From Lingula anatina (lineage: Eukaryota; Animalia; Brachiopoda): 64,000 nucleotides of DNA. Location of the stretch: the NCBI GenBank assembly GCA_051362555.1, contig CM120644.1, positions 24,450,534 to 24,514,533 of the forward strand. The letters run 5' to 3'. A program made the translations under genes and the position numbers. The notes beneath the pieces were generated by a model. The model was not told the DNA's origin. It saw only the letters and a list, made by a program, of their open reading frames with translations, and did no database searches. Positions 38,896 through 52,781 of the stretch are shown piece after piece. Position 1 is the first letter of the stretch, and each line of letters begins with the position of its first letter.

Positions 38896-39294
38896 GGCAT
38901 CTGTCTTTGACGTGATCTGTGAAATTTATGATTTTGTCTCCACCTAAAAATACTGAAAAAATAAAATAAAATAATAAAATTACCAGGGAATAAGGACTTC
39001 ACTGTCTTCAGCTAACAAAAAAATTTAAACTTCAAACTAATCAAAGTCGTCAATTTCACCGCATTGTCTAGTATAAGAGGAAAATAAAGGCAGAACCCCC
39101 CAAAAATTGGCATCACTGCCATCAGGAGAAGTTCACTTTTTCTACTCAAACTGCCATAAAATGAATCCAAAGTGGGAGATTTATGCAAGTGCTGATATGG
39201 ATACTAATAGTAGTATAGTAGTACACTACCCTCTGATATTAGCTAGGGGCTCCTAACATAGACATAGCTAGTGTACACATTTTCACTGAGAGCC

Positions 39295-39583
39295 CAGCGG
39301 CGGATCCAGGATTATTTGAAGGGTGGTCCGGAAAGACAGGCCTTGGATGCGAAGTCGACATCACCATCTCGACTTGGGGTTCAGGGCCTGCTCAAGGTGT
39401 TTCGGAGGGCAAACAGTGCACTTTGGTATGGTTTAGAACTATCAATCAGCTAATCAAAATTCTGATTGCAAGAGGGGAATATTGGTGTGATATATTTTTC
39501 AGAAACTGCAGGGGGGGGGATAAGACCCCCTGAACCCCCCTGAACCCCCCTGAACCCCCCCCCCCCCACTAAATCCGCCACTG
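39295..39583. mobile_element. MITE with CAG-GGCGGAT termini
   Basis: cagcggcggatcca...taaatccgccactg; gagcc on both flanks. Confidence 0.7.
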
Positions 39584-40262
39584 GAGCCCCTTTGATAATT
39601 CATACACTTTGTCTTATTTAACTTATTTAAGATAGATCTACCTCCACAGGGATTATCACTAAATTGCTATCAACTTACTTGGCTTAAATGTCTGTCATCT
39701 TCTGAAGCTGTTTGGAGGCAATTCATCAACTACCAGAGGCCGAACATGCATGAAAGTTAATTACCCATGCCCCTAGCTGTTTCGAAGGGTGTGACAGACA
39801 TATTTAAGCCGTAGATAGCAATTTAGCGTGAGAAGCTAGTATAGATAGCAATTTAACGCGAATCCCATGGAGTTGGATCGATCATCTTGGATGGATCTAA
39901 GCATGAGAACCCAGTCTAAGTCTAAAGCCATGCTTGACTTACAGAACATAACAAAGACAAGGATGTACACTACTCTGCACCTTCATGTACTGTAACAGTA
40001 GGCGTGAACCCTCCCTACCCCCATTCTAACTGTAAAATATAAAGGGTTTGTTTGGCGAAGATCGCGTACACAGTGATTGGCGAATGTTTCACTGCATGGG
40101 TGCCTTTGAGCGTTTTTGTAAAAGACTACTGGCGGCGGCCCCCTGGGGTCAGAGAATGGAACTAGTAGTTCACAGCCTTAACGCAACACTCAAGTCTGAA
40201 GAGAATGCACTGTGTTAGGGTCATAATTTAGTTTCGCTCGCGCTTGAACGTCAGCTTACAAA

Positions 40263-40436
40263 GGGGCCGTAGCGATAGTCCGAAGGTTCAATAGTCCGAA
40301 GGTTCATTGGTCCGAATGTTCACTATAGAACCTTCGGACCAATGAACCCTTGATTAAAAAATCGATAAAAATGTTACCACTTTTCGGACCAATGAACCTT
40401 CGGACCAATGAACCTTCGGACTATCGAGACGCCCCC
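40263..40436. mobile_element. Fold-back MITE with 15-bp subterminal tandem repeats
   Basis: (agtccgaaggttcaat)n versus (ttcggaccaatgaacc)n inverted arrays; cttacaaa on both flanks. Confidence 0.8.
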
Positions 40437-40549
40437 CTTACAAACACCCTGTGCAACATTGGTTTTCACATACGCTGTTTGTTTTCTCCTCTGCATGCAC
40501 AATTAAGTTTATTTGACCTGATTAAATATAATTGGGGCAGAACAACGTA

Positions 40550-40755
40550 CGTTACCCTTTTACTCACGTGTGGAATGGTGTTTGTCTTAGAAAACTTGAC
40601 GATAGATGGCAGCACGAGACATCGTCTTAAAAAACATGGCGGCCTCCATAATTATGGCGGTCAACTAAGTGCAAGAGGAAAATCTTCCCAGATTTATTTA
40701 GTTCATCGTTAATTCCCACTGGAACATTGGTGTCTGGATCAAGGGAAAGAAGATT
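40550..40755. promoter_or_regulatory. Probable bidirectional promoter / 5' UTR region of COASY and ANKRD28
   Basis: Head-to-head genes; YY1-like aaaacatggcggc (40631) and attatggcgg (40651); the COASY ATG exon begins at an acceptor (38943), so an upstream non-coding exon is implied. Confidence 0.45.
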
Positions 40756-41352
40756 ATGGTGATTCAGCAGCTTTCGAACGAGGTTTGTGTTAAGTAATGT
40801 GCAAAACTGCACTGCAATGTTGCTGTAAAGTGTTTACGTTTCAACTTTCAGTGTTCATTTCATCATTTTTTTCGTGGTTGCACCGAATTCTACTTGCACC
40901 AGGTATTCAAAGTCCTCGGAGATTTAGGTAGCATTTATGCAAACCCTCGTAACGTTTAATTTTGAGTGTTCATTTAAAAGTAAACCCAACAGAAAATTAA
41001 ATCACCCATCAGTCACTCGTACCAGACGACCAAATGCGTTCTGGCAAGTTGTAGGCAACGTGCACAGTGGAGAAATTAGCTGGAATAGAAATGGTGCAGT
41101 TTCAGAAACGTTTGTGGATTCCCAGTAGTCTATAATCTTGGTTATTTATGCTAAGTGCTTATAGAAGAACGATCGAAAATAATATTTCTGCAAATCACAA
41201 TATTTCTCTAACTTCTGCCCTCTCTCCCTCCCCCCCCCCCCCCCCCCCCCCCTTCCTGGACAGGATAATTATCATGTGCAAGTGAGGGCATAAATCTTAT
41301 GACATTACTGGTAAGCTGTTCATTTCATCACATCATTTACTACGGTGAGTAC

Positions 41353-41406
<54 letters not shown>

Positions 41407-44400
41407 TCAATGTTTTATTAAAGTGCCCCGATATGGCAACCCTAGAATAACAACTTACCACACAGTTAAACTAATAACCCTCATATGAATACCGGTGACT
41501 GCACCAGAATTGACCATTATTTACAAGCAAAGAAAATATGAACAAACAATTTGGGTCTATACAAAACTTAGTTTCTTTCAATTGTGATTATCAGATTTGT
41601 ATATTTGTTTGGCTGTGAAATAAAGATATCAATAATTAAGATGGCCCACTGTGAGCAGTAGTAAAGATGTACTGTACATTGTACCAAGATGTTATTTCTG
41701 GGGCCATCATCACACCAGCTCAGGTATGTCATTGATCCTAACCCTAGGTGATACATGTACAGTATGATAAGGCAACTCAGGTAATGAGGTCTGTAGAGTA
41801 TCATTCTATATATGAAGAACAGATGGATTAGACAAAGCTTAAATTTTCTCTTGTGGCAATTAAGAGCACAATTTAGTTTGGCAGAGTAATTTTTTCTGCA
41901 ACTGTCTGTTCTTTGATTTTTGTGACCTATCTTATTATGGTTAACGTGACCTGTTAAAAACCCTGCCACATGATATCATGTGATACACAGGTGAATGGCA
42001 AAACCTTGAACAATCCAGGTCAAAGGTCATGTGCAAGCCAGGGTCATTCAGCCAAGGAGGACTATGTTTAATGATTAACTAAATGAATAAATAAAGTGCT
42101 AAGTGATCTTATCAGTCCCTGTATTGTTGGTCTCCTCTCGACTGGAGTTCAACATGTCTATATATCAGACATGTATATCATGTCACTCTGGGGTGTCATG
42201 TACAAGTTGTTGTCAGCTACTGTCTTAGCTGACTTCAGGGAACACTGCATTGCATTAGAGAAGACATGGACATCAAACACAACACAATTTCTTGTAGACT
42301 GGATGGGACTTTCTTCCTACTGCTTTCTAGTTGAGATTATTATGATAAGAACTGTAATATTAATAATAATAATAATACTGTTAGATATTAAAATATTGCT
42401 GGTGTTAAGAATAATATATGAGTCTGACTCACAATTAAGACCAGTGTTTGCCACTCAGTAAAATTAAATATATATTGCCTAAAAAATTATGTTTGCCCCT
42501 TGAAATTTTTATAGCAAAAAAAAAAAAAAAAAAAGAAAAAGAAAAAAAGAAAAAAAAATCAGGTACAGGTCACCTGATGTCTTGGGGATTGTTATCTTTT
42601 GCATACAGTGACGTAGAAAGGTGTCATGAGCAGACATAAATTCTAATGATCATTTCTGGGGTAGCACTAGCAATTTTTTTTAGCTTTGCCAAATCACTAC
42701 TTTTTCATCACTTTTTTCTCCAAATGTTTTTTTTTTCTGTGAACATGACTGGTGTCATAGCAACTGCATGAAATGGATGAGTCTATGCCCAAAAAATACG
42801 CCAACATGAATTGGAAATTTTCACAGAATTGTTCTCTCCCTCTCTCACACACCCACACACACACAAAATCTCTCTCTTTCTGCACACACAGGTTAAGGAT
42901 AATTAGTAGTAAAAATCAACTATATTATCCTTTTTCAACTATATGAGGTAAAGCATTTCTTTGGCATATACAATACTTCTCATCTGTAGGAGAGCTCTGG
43001 CTTACACAGAATGTGGTTGTTCATTATAACCTGATCCATGTTGCCATGGCAACTGGCACCAGATAACAAGTACAGACATATCTTTCAGCACATCATATTT
43101 GGGAGCATGGGTGTACAAGTGAGGTGTTTTTTTTCCCTAAAGCGATACAAAATTAAGTTGATTGAGCACATGAAAATTTTGTCAAAATAGCCTGTATAAA
43201 AGAAGGCTATATTTTGACCTTATTTTTAGATAATTGCTTTACACCCAGAGCAATAAAATAAAGTTTGGCACATGAAATACTGTTTTGTTTTATGAGTGAT
43301 GCTCTTTACCACTTTGGCCTGTTGTAAGGTTTTCTTATGGTTCATTTTTTTTTTTTTTTTTGAAAAAAAAAATTATAACATATTTTTGACATTTCCACTC
43401 CAAATCATTGACATTTGTTACTGCTGAAGACCTTTACTACAGTGTTAATAAGGTTATTTGTGTTAGATTTTACAGCTGGGAGTTTGAATACAAAAAAACG
43501 TTAAGAAAAGTGCTTTCAGTGTGTCTGCTATATTCAGCAATCTCTTAAAGCACTTGAAAAATACATACTGTATATCTGTTCAGTGGCTTTTAAGGGGTCC
43601 CAACAGTTTCAGTTTGAACCAAAACTGACCCTTAACATTTTAAGTCTGGTAAGCTACAAGTACATTTCGTGTTTCATAGTTATTTTACAGCAGTTCAATT
43701 ATGCAGACTCACCAAGAAATCAGTTTCTTCACTTTCCTCAGCATGTGATGGATCCTGTAAGGAAACACTAATCTCCATAAAGTCCCATTTTCTCTACAAA
43801 AATGCTTTCAATCTTCCACCCTCCTACAGTGGTCAGGACTCCGGGCTCAGGACTCCGAGTGACCAGTGTCCACTCATGTCCACCCTAGCTCTCGCCCCAG
43901 CGGACAGAAGGAATCTTGTCTTTGTTTTGTTCTCCTTTCAGCTTGGGTAACTCAAATGTCCCCCTCACCATTACTTGGTGTTTATTATCTCACCTGAGAT
44001 ACAATCAGTTTTCTATAACATCTGTGGTTAAGGATACCTGCCCATATTGACAGTATTTTATTCCAGTGATGTTCAACCAATCTGCTGGTTTTCTCTTTTT
44101 ACTTCATTCTCATTTATTTGCTTGATATTTGTCTGTGTATTGAAGTGGTAACAACTCCTGAATCGTGTAGTTGCTGTGCTTGGTCTAATAGTGTCTCCAC
44201 TCCTGTATCACAAGCCAACACCTCTTACCACCATAATTTATAAATCCCAAACAAAGAATTTCTTACAGATGTTATGATATATTGGCATCTATGAAGTACA
44301 CTATCCAGGCTGCAAAATATCTGGTTCAGTCCATGGCGATGTTTTCAACCTCACTTTCCTATTCGGTGACTCTGTTGAGAATAAGTTCAGCAAACAAACA

Positions 44401-45637
44401 TCCGCCAGTGACACTACTGTATGTGAACATCCCCTGTGCCGCCTTTTGTTGGTCTCCTCTCTACTAGAGTTCAACATGCTTTGATTGAAATAGAGCAGAA
44501 CTCCCTGAATGAGGTACTGGTATGGTGGTGTCTGTGCCTCCTCTACAGGGTGATACAAAACTTAAAGCACTACTCTTTGTATAACCTTTCTTTATTTACT
44601 GCAGTTATATGAAACTTCAACCCCATTTGCATTTTTAAAAATGAATTATAGTGTTGTAATAATAATAAATGTTGTTGTTGGGAAGTTAGACTTTCATGAC
44701 AACTGACAGATCAGTTACCCTGACAACTTATTATAATCAGGAGTAAATTAAATGGACAATAAACAGAAGTTAGTAGAGAAACGTAGAACAAAAGTTTATA
44801 TATTGTTGGAGTTGATGTATGATTAACAATTATTCATCAAGCTGTGTTTAAGACTCAGTGCAAGAGAAAAGCATATAATTTATTTACTTTTTTTGTAAAC
44901 TTTTCAAGTAAGTTTGTATTTAAGTACTGCAATTGTTAAAGAATTTTCATATTTTGATTGTAAAGTGCATTAAAATATCAAAAAGGAAATGGCTATGTAA
45001 GAAATAATAATAGATATTATTAGTATAAGTTCATGATTTCTCCAACAATATTGCTTTGTTGATAATGCTTTAAAATTTATATTTCAATTTTCTGAAAAGT
45101 TTCCCGACTTCACATCTGGAAGTATATACTGGTAGTTTTGTATGTCTAATTTCATATAGGTCTAGTACATGTATGTCTTTATAAAATATCCACTACTAAG
45201 TTAGCTCTAGCAATTTTTTTTCACACAGCAAAATTACTTCTTTTCATCATTTTTTTTCAACAAATGGTTGAAATTTAACCAAAAATAGTCAAACCAATGC
45301 AATTTTGTGTAGTCTACCTAAGTAAGTTATAGTATTTGGCAAAGTAGGCAAGCTATTGGCTACCTCAACTTTTTCTTATGTATTAAAGGGGGCTTTCTTT
45401 TCCTGATATTCACCTTGTGTATGAACTTTGATAGCACCCTGTAGAAGGGGTCTGCCAGTTGTCAAAATATCCCCCTGATTAAAGCCACATGGAGGACTGA
45501 GTCAGCACTGAGAACAGGCATGGGGGAAATACGGGTTAACACTCTGATATATAAAGCTATCAAGAAGTTTTCGAGATTATAGTTATTCTGGAGCCAAAGA
45601 ATAGATTGCAATATTCTTTATTTGCTGACTTATGTAG

Positions 45638-45673
<36 letters not shown>

Positions 45674-48600
45674 TTATTGAGCACTGAAATGTTTTTAGAT
45701 ATAAAGTCTCTCTCTTTCTCTTTCTCTCTCTCTCTCTCTCTCTCTTAATATAGTGATAGTAAATAAATGAAAAAAAATTAAAAAATAGTGTTATATAATG
45801 TACATGTATTATAAATAAGAAACAAGTAAAATGGATTATTTGGGTGCATGTGCCAGAAGATTACTCCACATATCAAAGTGCTTGGAGACAGCTAGGGGTG
45901 GTGGGACATGGCTGATGATATATTACATGTTAGATAAGACTTGGACTGAGATAAATAGTTTTAGATCTACAACAGTGATAAATGATACAGAAAACCTAGC
46001 CATGTCCAGTAAACAAACTGGGTCCAACAAACTGAGTCACCAAGTTTTTTTTTTTTTTTTTTTTTAACTCCCTTCCTTAGCAATTTTTTAAAACTCCCTT
46101 CCTTATTCTTTCTTTTTAAATGACTTGGTTCAAGTTACTCTATTCAAACAATTCAAACAACCAAACTGAATACACCATTTCCAACTGATTCATTCAAAAA
46201 GCCAGCCAGATAAGGTGCAGGGTGTTTGTATAACAAACATTTATCTTTGTGGCCTGCCTTGCTATGAAATAAGAGACGTTTAACCTCATTCTTGCTAGCT
46301 GGGAGTACACGCTGTGTTAAACAGGGATTTCTCTCCTCACCGAGACACCAGACACGGAAGACAGCTAAAGTGACATCAGTGCAACTGAATATTGATATTG
46401 TTAAGGGTGTTTTGTACACTTTATTCTGCTGGAGTGAGTAGAGAAGAGAAAAATTAAATGTTTGATTACTGAATGTAATTCAGCTTAGTAGTAGATATAT
46501 CTATTCTGTCATGCAGAAGAGGTTAGTTGTTAAAAGATATAAAGATATTTACTGCATATTATATTGACTGCAGATATTATTGTTAATTGGGAGGAAGAGG
46601 TATAATACACAATAGTAGGGGTAGGCTATAGGATTAATACTTCAGATGTGTATTCTATAAACAGTTACTTTCCTAAATAGTCTAGAGCCAGCAAAAGCAA
46701 GGGTAAAATCACCCTGTGGTTCATAGGTTAAGATGCATCTTTAAGCCGTGTGCCAGTATGTACTGTAGCAAAATGGATAAAATCACCCTGTCTTTCATAG
46801 GTTAACAAGTAACTTTCTTAGCCATGCGTTGTTATATAGCAACATGGATAAAATCACCCTGCGTTTCAGAGATAGTTATGTTAGGATATTATACACAATA
46901 CCCTGTGTATATCAGGATAGAACTTGTTATCACAGCAGCCAGTGTAGTCACTTAATTATATTCTCCCATACTCAGGGTGTTAAGTCGTGGAAGTTGTATG
47001 AACAGATTAGGTGTTAAACCTCTAGGAGCTGGATTTTTTTCCCTGTATCAAGAATCACACTGCACTGCTACTCACACTTTCAGTATGATAGTCAAAATTA
47101 TTTGCAAAATTCCACAGTAGAAGTCAGTGGGATGTTCTTGAGCAATATATATGCAACATGGGGGAATCTTCAGAAGGTGCTCAACTGTTGTTCTTTATAC
47201 TAGTAAGTGCTTGGGCTCATCAGTTGTTGTGGGTAGCTCCCTGAGGTCTTGATGTGACTGCAGTACCCAGGGGGTTGAATAAAAAAAATAGAAACTACAT
47301 TTCAGTCTAGTTCATAAAACAGTACATCAATTCACCATATCCTTAGCCAAACAGAAACTATTCTTACCTGGTCTCTCTCTGTAAGGAGGTTTGCTATACA
47401 GTAGCTGACACAGGTGGGAAGTATATTAGATACTGCTGTTTACTAGTAGGTGTTAAATTATAGGTGTTGTGATTCTTAGGTGTATAATTTGAAGATGCTC
47501 AGTGTTTTTTTTTTTTTAATGTCAGCCACATAGTTTTTTGCTGCTGTTCAAACAAGTTAACATTGTTCAATATTGAGGAATTGTGAACATTATAAGCCAT
47601 TTTAATTTTTCCTCTGTTTTCAGACCTATTGGCTCTATTCAGTGAGATTTCTAAGTATTGTGGGTTATATTCATGTTTCTCTTTGCATTCCCTCCTGACT
47701 TTACCCAAACTGAAGTTGACCTAGTGCTTGTTCATACCCTGAACAAATTTTGAGTGGTGATGCAATGCTTTTCAACCCCGCTGGGAATCGTCACTATCAC
47801 ATCGCGTACTAGGCAAGAGCGGTGTCGTGTCTGATATTGTGAAATACGATCTGACACACACCTTGAAAAACGGGTAGTGTGGTCTGATCTACCGGTGAAT
47901 TCAGGATCATTTGGTGCCGAGTCTGGTAGTTGGGTAGGCCTGTATTCAGTTTAATTTAGTAATAGTTATAGTTATATGTTTTGTGAATGTGACAATTTTA
48001 TTCACAAAAAAAAAAAAGAAAAGAAAAAAAAAGATTTTGGACCAAAAACGGGCCCTAACTTTCAAAATTAAATTTCAGTCTAAGTTGACCCTATTTAAAT
48101 CATCATTACTCTAATTCAGTTCAATAACAATTGCAAAATAAAAGAAATATATTCTATTTTAGGGTAAATTTAAATATATATTTTAATTAAAGTGGACCAA
48201 ATCAATTTTGTTTCAAAATATAAGACCTCTCTTGGTCTAAAGTTATCTTAAAAAACTGCCCCCAGCTCTACTGTCAGTGTCAGGTAGAGGTGACATAAAA
48301 AATCCACAGAAGTTTTATATATATATATGTGTGGGTTAGGACCACCCCATTGTATGATGATATAAAACCAGAGATATATGTGTTAATATGACAACAAATG
48401 TCTTCATATTGACGTCTGCGTTGATAACAATCAGTTAGTCATTAGATTACCTTGTCTCTGACATATCTTTTGTGGTATCATCACTGTTATGTAGGTTAAT
48501 CTAGATGTTTATGGTGAAAGAAACTGATGATGGAGAAGTAGAACAGTGATTTTGGATTTTCTGGAATTATGTAATTATGCTGGGTGATCTGTTGAAACTC

Positions 48601-48687
48601 CATCTCAATTTTAAATACTAGTAGGTCATTTTTATGGATAATATAAAATATTTGATTTGATTAATTTTTATTATTTTAGTATTACTT

Positions 48688-48722
<35 letters not shown>

Positions 48723-51700
48723 TTGCTGGGGAGGGGGGTCACAAACAGGGCAAACAATCCTAGTATTTGAATGCAGAATATTACCTGATTAGTTGTACAT
48801 TGTTAACATTGTTGACTGTGACTAGGACGATGACTGCGGTGTCTATCTCTGTACGGAGACAGGCGCCTCCCCCGCCTCTACGGAAACATGGAGACACCCC
48901 CATACTGCAGCTGAATGAAATGGTAAGAGTAAAATGTACATACTCAGGGGCGGATCCAGAGATATTTTCTGACAGTCTTCCAAATTATCTTTGTTGATCC
49001 ATCCTCCATTTTTGACCGTCTTCCGACAGAAAACATTAGATGCCCGACAATGTAAACTTGAAAATCTGACCGTCTTCCGGAAGACCCAGAAGACGGCCTA
49101 AATCCGCCCCTGATACTAGTACTTCTCAGATCCTATGGCCTTACTGTAGATGGTGTTTTACAAGCTGCAACACACCCACATATATAAGAGCAAGGTTATA
49201 ATCATTGTACATTTGATATTTAAAATGGTTTTAATAGTAAAACCTTGTTCCCTGAAGATTTCTTGTTAGACACCAAAACATGTTGGAGTAATGGCTAAAA
49301 TGAGTTCTGCATTTCAAGTAAATTTGTCTCCTGTTGAACATGGCAATATTTGTTTTGTGCTTAGATATAAGTCAGAAAGTGCTTACCAGTTGTCATACCC
49401 ATACAAATCTTCCCTGATGCAGGGTATACTCTCTCTAGATTGACCAATGCTTGTCACCATTTTGGTCTGTTCAGTGCTTGACAATGTCTACTCAGCCCTG
49501 TACTTTTTCAGTCTTCTTTGCTATATTTGACATGAATATATGAAAAGTCTTTGTCTTAACATGAATTTAAGTCTGCATTCCCATGCCCTGCATGGCAAAT
49601 GTTGAAAACGCTTAGTTCCAAGCATTACATTAACCCTTGAAACCAAGCACCCAGGGATCTGGTATTTCAAATATCTCCAGAACCTCAAACAAACAAGCAT
49701 ACAGGAGGACTTTGATACTCATTATCTATAAAAGCATGTACTACGGTATATGGGACTAATATGTCTTTTAGAGAGATCAAGTGCTCTTTACCCACTACTA
49801 GAGGCATATCCAAAGAACTTTGGAACAAGTTTCATTCCTGTGGAAATAACAAATATAATTGTTGATACAAAACAACAGGCTGAAATAGGAGACCATGGCA
49901 TGGAACCCTTGTTTTGTATATATATATATACACTGTTCCAGTCAGTTGAGGCATTTTGTTTCCAGCTGAAAAATTTCATTCTGATGTAAAACTGAGAGTT
50001 CAGTGTTATGTACAATTCCGTCCATATTTTGCCAACAAGACGTCCGTTGTCTTTTCAGCCTCAGCTGGTTCAAGCCTGTTTCCATGGAGACGCGGACGAG
50101 GTGAGAGCTCTTCTGTATAAGAAGGAAGATGTCAACTACCAGGTAAGGATATGGAGTCAATAAGTTTTAGGTTGTGGATTCTAAAAAAAACTTTTATGGA
50201 GCTAAAAATTGACATTTTGGAATGAAAAAGGAATACATCAGGCAAGTTTGCCTTGAGTCTACAACAGATTACTTGTGCCTTTCTCTTATCACTTAAAATA
50301 AATGTTCTTGAAGATCAACAAAATAGAAAACATCAACTTCTCATGTTTTTAGATCAGTTATTTGACATGTTTGTTTTCCTGTTAGAAGGAGACCTTTACG
50401 TACCAAACCGGTTTTGTAAACATGAAAATTCTCAGACACAAGCCTAAAATTTTCCGTACGGTTAGCTTATGGCCAACCTGTTTATCCATGTTTATCCAAC
50501 TACCAAGCTAATGAACATTTTTGCTCGGTTTTGTAAACATTGAGACTGTGATCATTCAAAATGAGAATAAAAAGTAAAAAGCTATTCTGCATTATTTCAT
50601 TTATATCTCTATTTCTTTATAGGACTCTGAAAAAAGGAGCCCCTTGCATGCTGCGGCATATTGTGGAGAGGCGGAGATTTGTGACCTACTTATTCTCAGC
50701 GGGGCCCGAGTGAACACTAAGGACAACCGCTGGTTGACGCCACTTCACAGAGCTTGCTGCTCCAGGAGCGATGTGAGTAGTGGTACTAATACAACAATAT
50801 TGTGACTTTATATTGTAAGATGGTGCCACATTTAACACAGTATTTTGATTTGCTGTCTGTATTATTTTGAAACTTTCCCCCTTGTGAATTTACTTTGCCT
50901 TTGTCCTCTTGACATGCTGGTCCAAAAACCCTAATGACCATGTTGAAAATGATAAGTTTTTGCTTTGATGGTGAAAATTTGAAAATTGGTCAAATATATA
51001 TGCGTGTGTTATAAATTTATTTATTTTTGTGCTGACTCTGTTTCAGGACGCAGTGGAGACATTGTTACGCCATCAAGCTGACGTCAACGCCAGAGACAAG
51101 AACTGGCAGACACCCCTCCATGTTGCTGCGGCCAACAACGCTGTGAAATGTGCAGAGTACATCATTCCATTGTTGAACAATGTCAATGTGTCTGACAGAG
51201 CAGGGAGAACTGCACTGCACCATGCTGCTTTTAATGGACATGTTGAGGTAAAGAGACAATGGTACTAATACTTGTGTTAAGGGCTGGGGATTGAACTTCC
51301 TGCAGGAAGATGTTTTATTGAAAAGAAACAAAATACAGCAGCTGCTTTTATAGGAAAAGTTTACTATATTTAAGAAAAAATCAGTTATCAATATTTTTTC
51401 TGCCTTATCAATAAAAAAGATAAAGAATAACATATTGCAAGTATTTTGTTAAAAAGATGCAGTTAATACTGATAATGCAATATATAACACACACACACAC
51501 AAAGCACAGCAGCTGCAAGGTTTTAATAAGCAAAGTTCACTAGTCTAAGAGAGATGTATTATTGCTGCTTCACCTGATGCCAATTTCTACTGTGGTTGTT
51601 TTTGAACATGCACATGAATGTGTGTGCATGTGCATGACTTCACCGGTGCATCTCTGCATTCATTGTGATCCAGAGGAAACATTAGATAAATATTTCCCAT

Positions 51701-52693
51701 TATTTAGAATATTTTTTAAAAATCATCTTTTAATGACCCATCGGTAGTTTTAGTTTTTACCTTGCTTATTAAGTCCTGAGGATTTATTAAGACAAGACGT
51801 ATAATTAATATCCCAGATGACACAGCTGCTGCTGGAGAAGGGAGCATCCATTAATGCATTTGATAAGAAGGACCGGCGCGCTCTGCACTGGGCAGCATAC
51901 ATGGGGCACGTGGAAGTGGTTCGTATCCTCATCCAGCACGGAGCAGAGCTGAACTGTAGAGATAAACAGGTATTGATACTCAGAGATATATACTCTTTAT
52001 TTCCATCATTTTTTACCAATAACTTTGATTAAATGCTTTATATATAAATGGACCAGGTGTACAATATGTTTTGTTTGTAAGCTTACAGGATAATTATCAA
52101 AGCTTAAAAATGGTGACCTTTCATTCACTCAGTACTGTTTTATTAGGGTTGGTTTACATCGGCCATTTTTAAAAGTAGCCTATATCCTATGGTTTCTCAT
52201 ACCTGAAAACAGACAGACATATATAAACAGAAACAAATCTAAAGAGATTTTACCTAAACCTAGCTGCCCATTTCATACCTATATTTGTGGTACCCCATAT
52301 TTTTCCAGATGTACACCCCCCTCCATGCTGCCTGCTGCAGTGGTCAGATCAGTGTTATTAAACTCCTTCTGGAGCTCAGTGTGGAAGTGGACGCGGTCAA
52401 TTCCTTTGGTAACACACCAATACATGTGTCCTGTCTGAACGGTCAAGATGTGGCGGTCAACGAGTTGATCATGTACGGAGCCTCGCTGAACTCTGTTAAC
52501 AACAAGGGGCAGGTAAGCTTTTCTTGGTGTGCCATCTATTGTTGAAAACATAGTCTTGATGCTCCATTTATTGGCAGAAACTTAGCAGCATCGATTTGAA
52601 TTAATTTTGTGAATGAACCCTAAGGAGACTTCCTAGCTTTTGTATCAATTTATGCATTTTGTTTCCAAATGTTAACAACTTTGTATTTGATTT

Positions 52694-52781
<88 letters not shown>

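Noticed and set aside
43900-44560. Possible minus-strand LINE 3'-end relic (GH..H.YL...C..C...H-like residues)
   Set aside because: Too degenerate to support without an HMM search
41000-50000. Short ORFs in ANKRD28 intron 1
   Set aside because: Low-complexity or microsatellite-derived, with no domain signal
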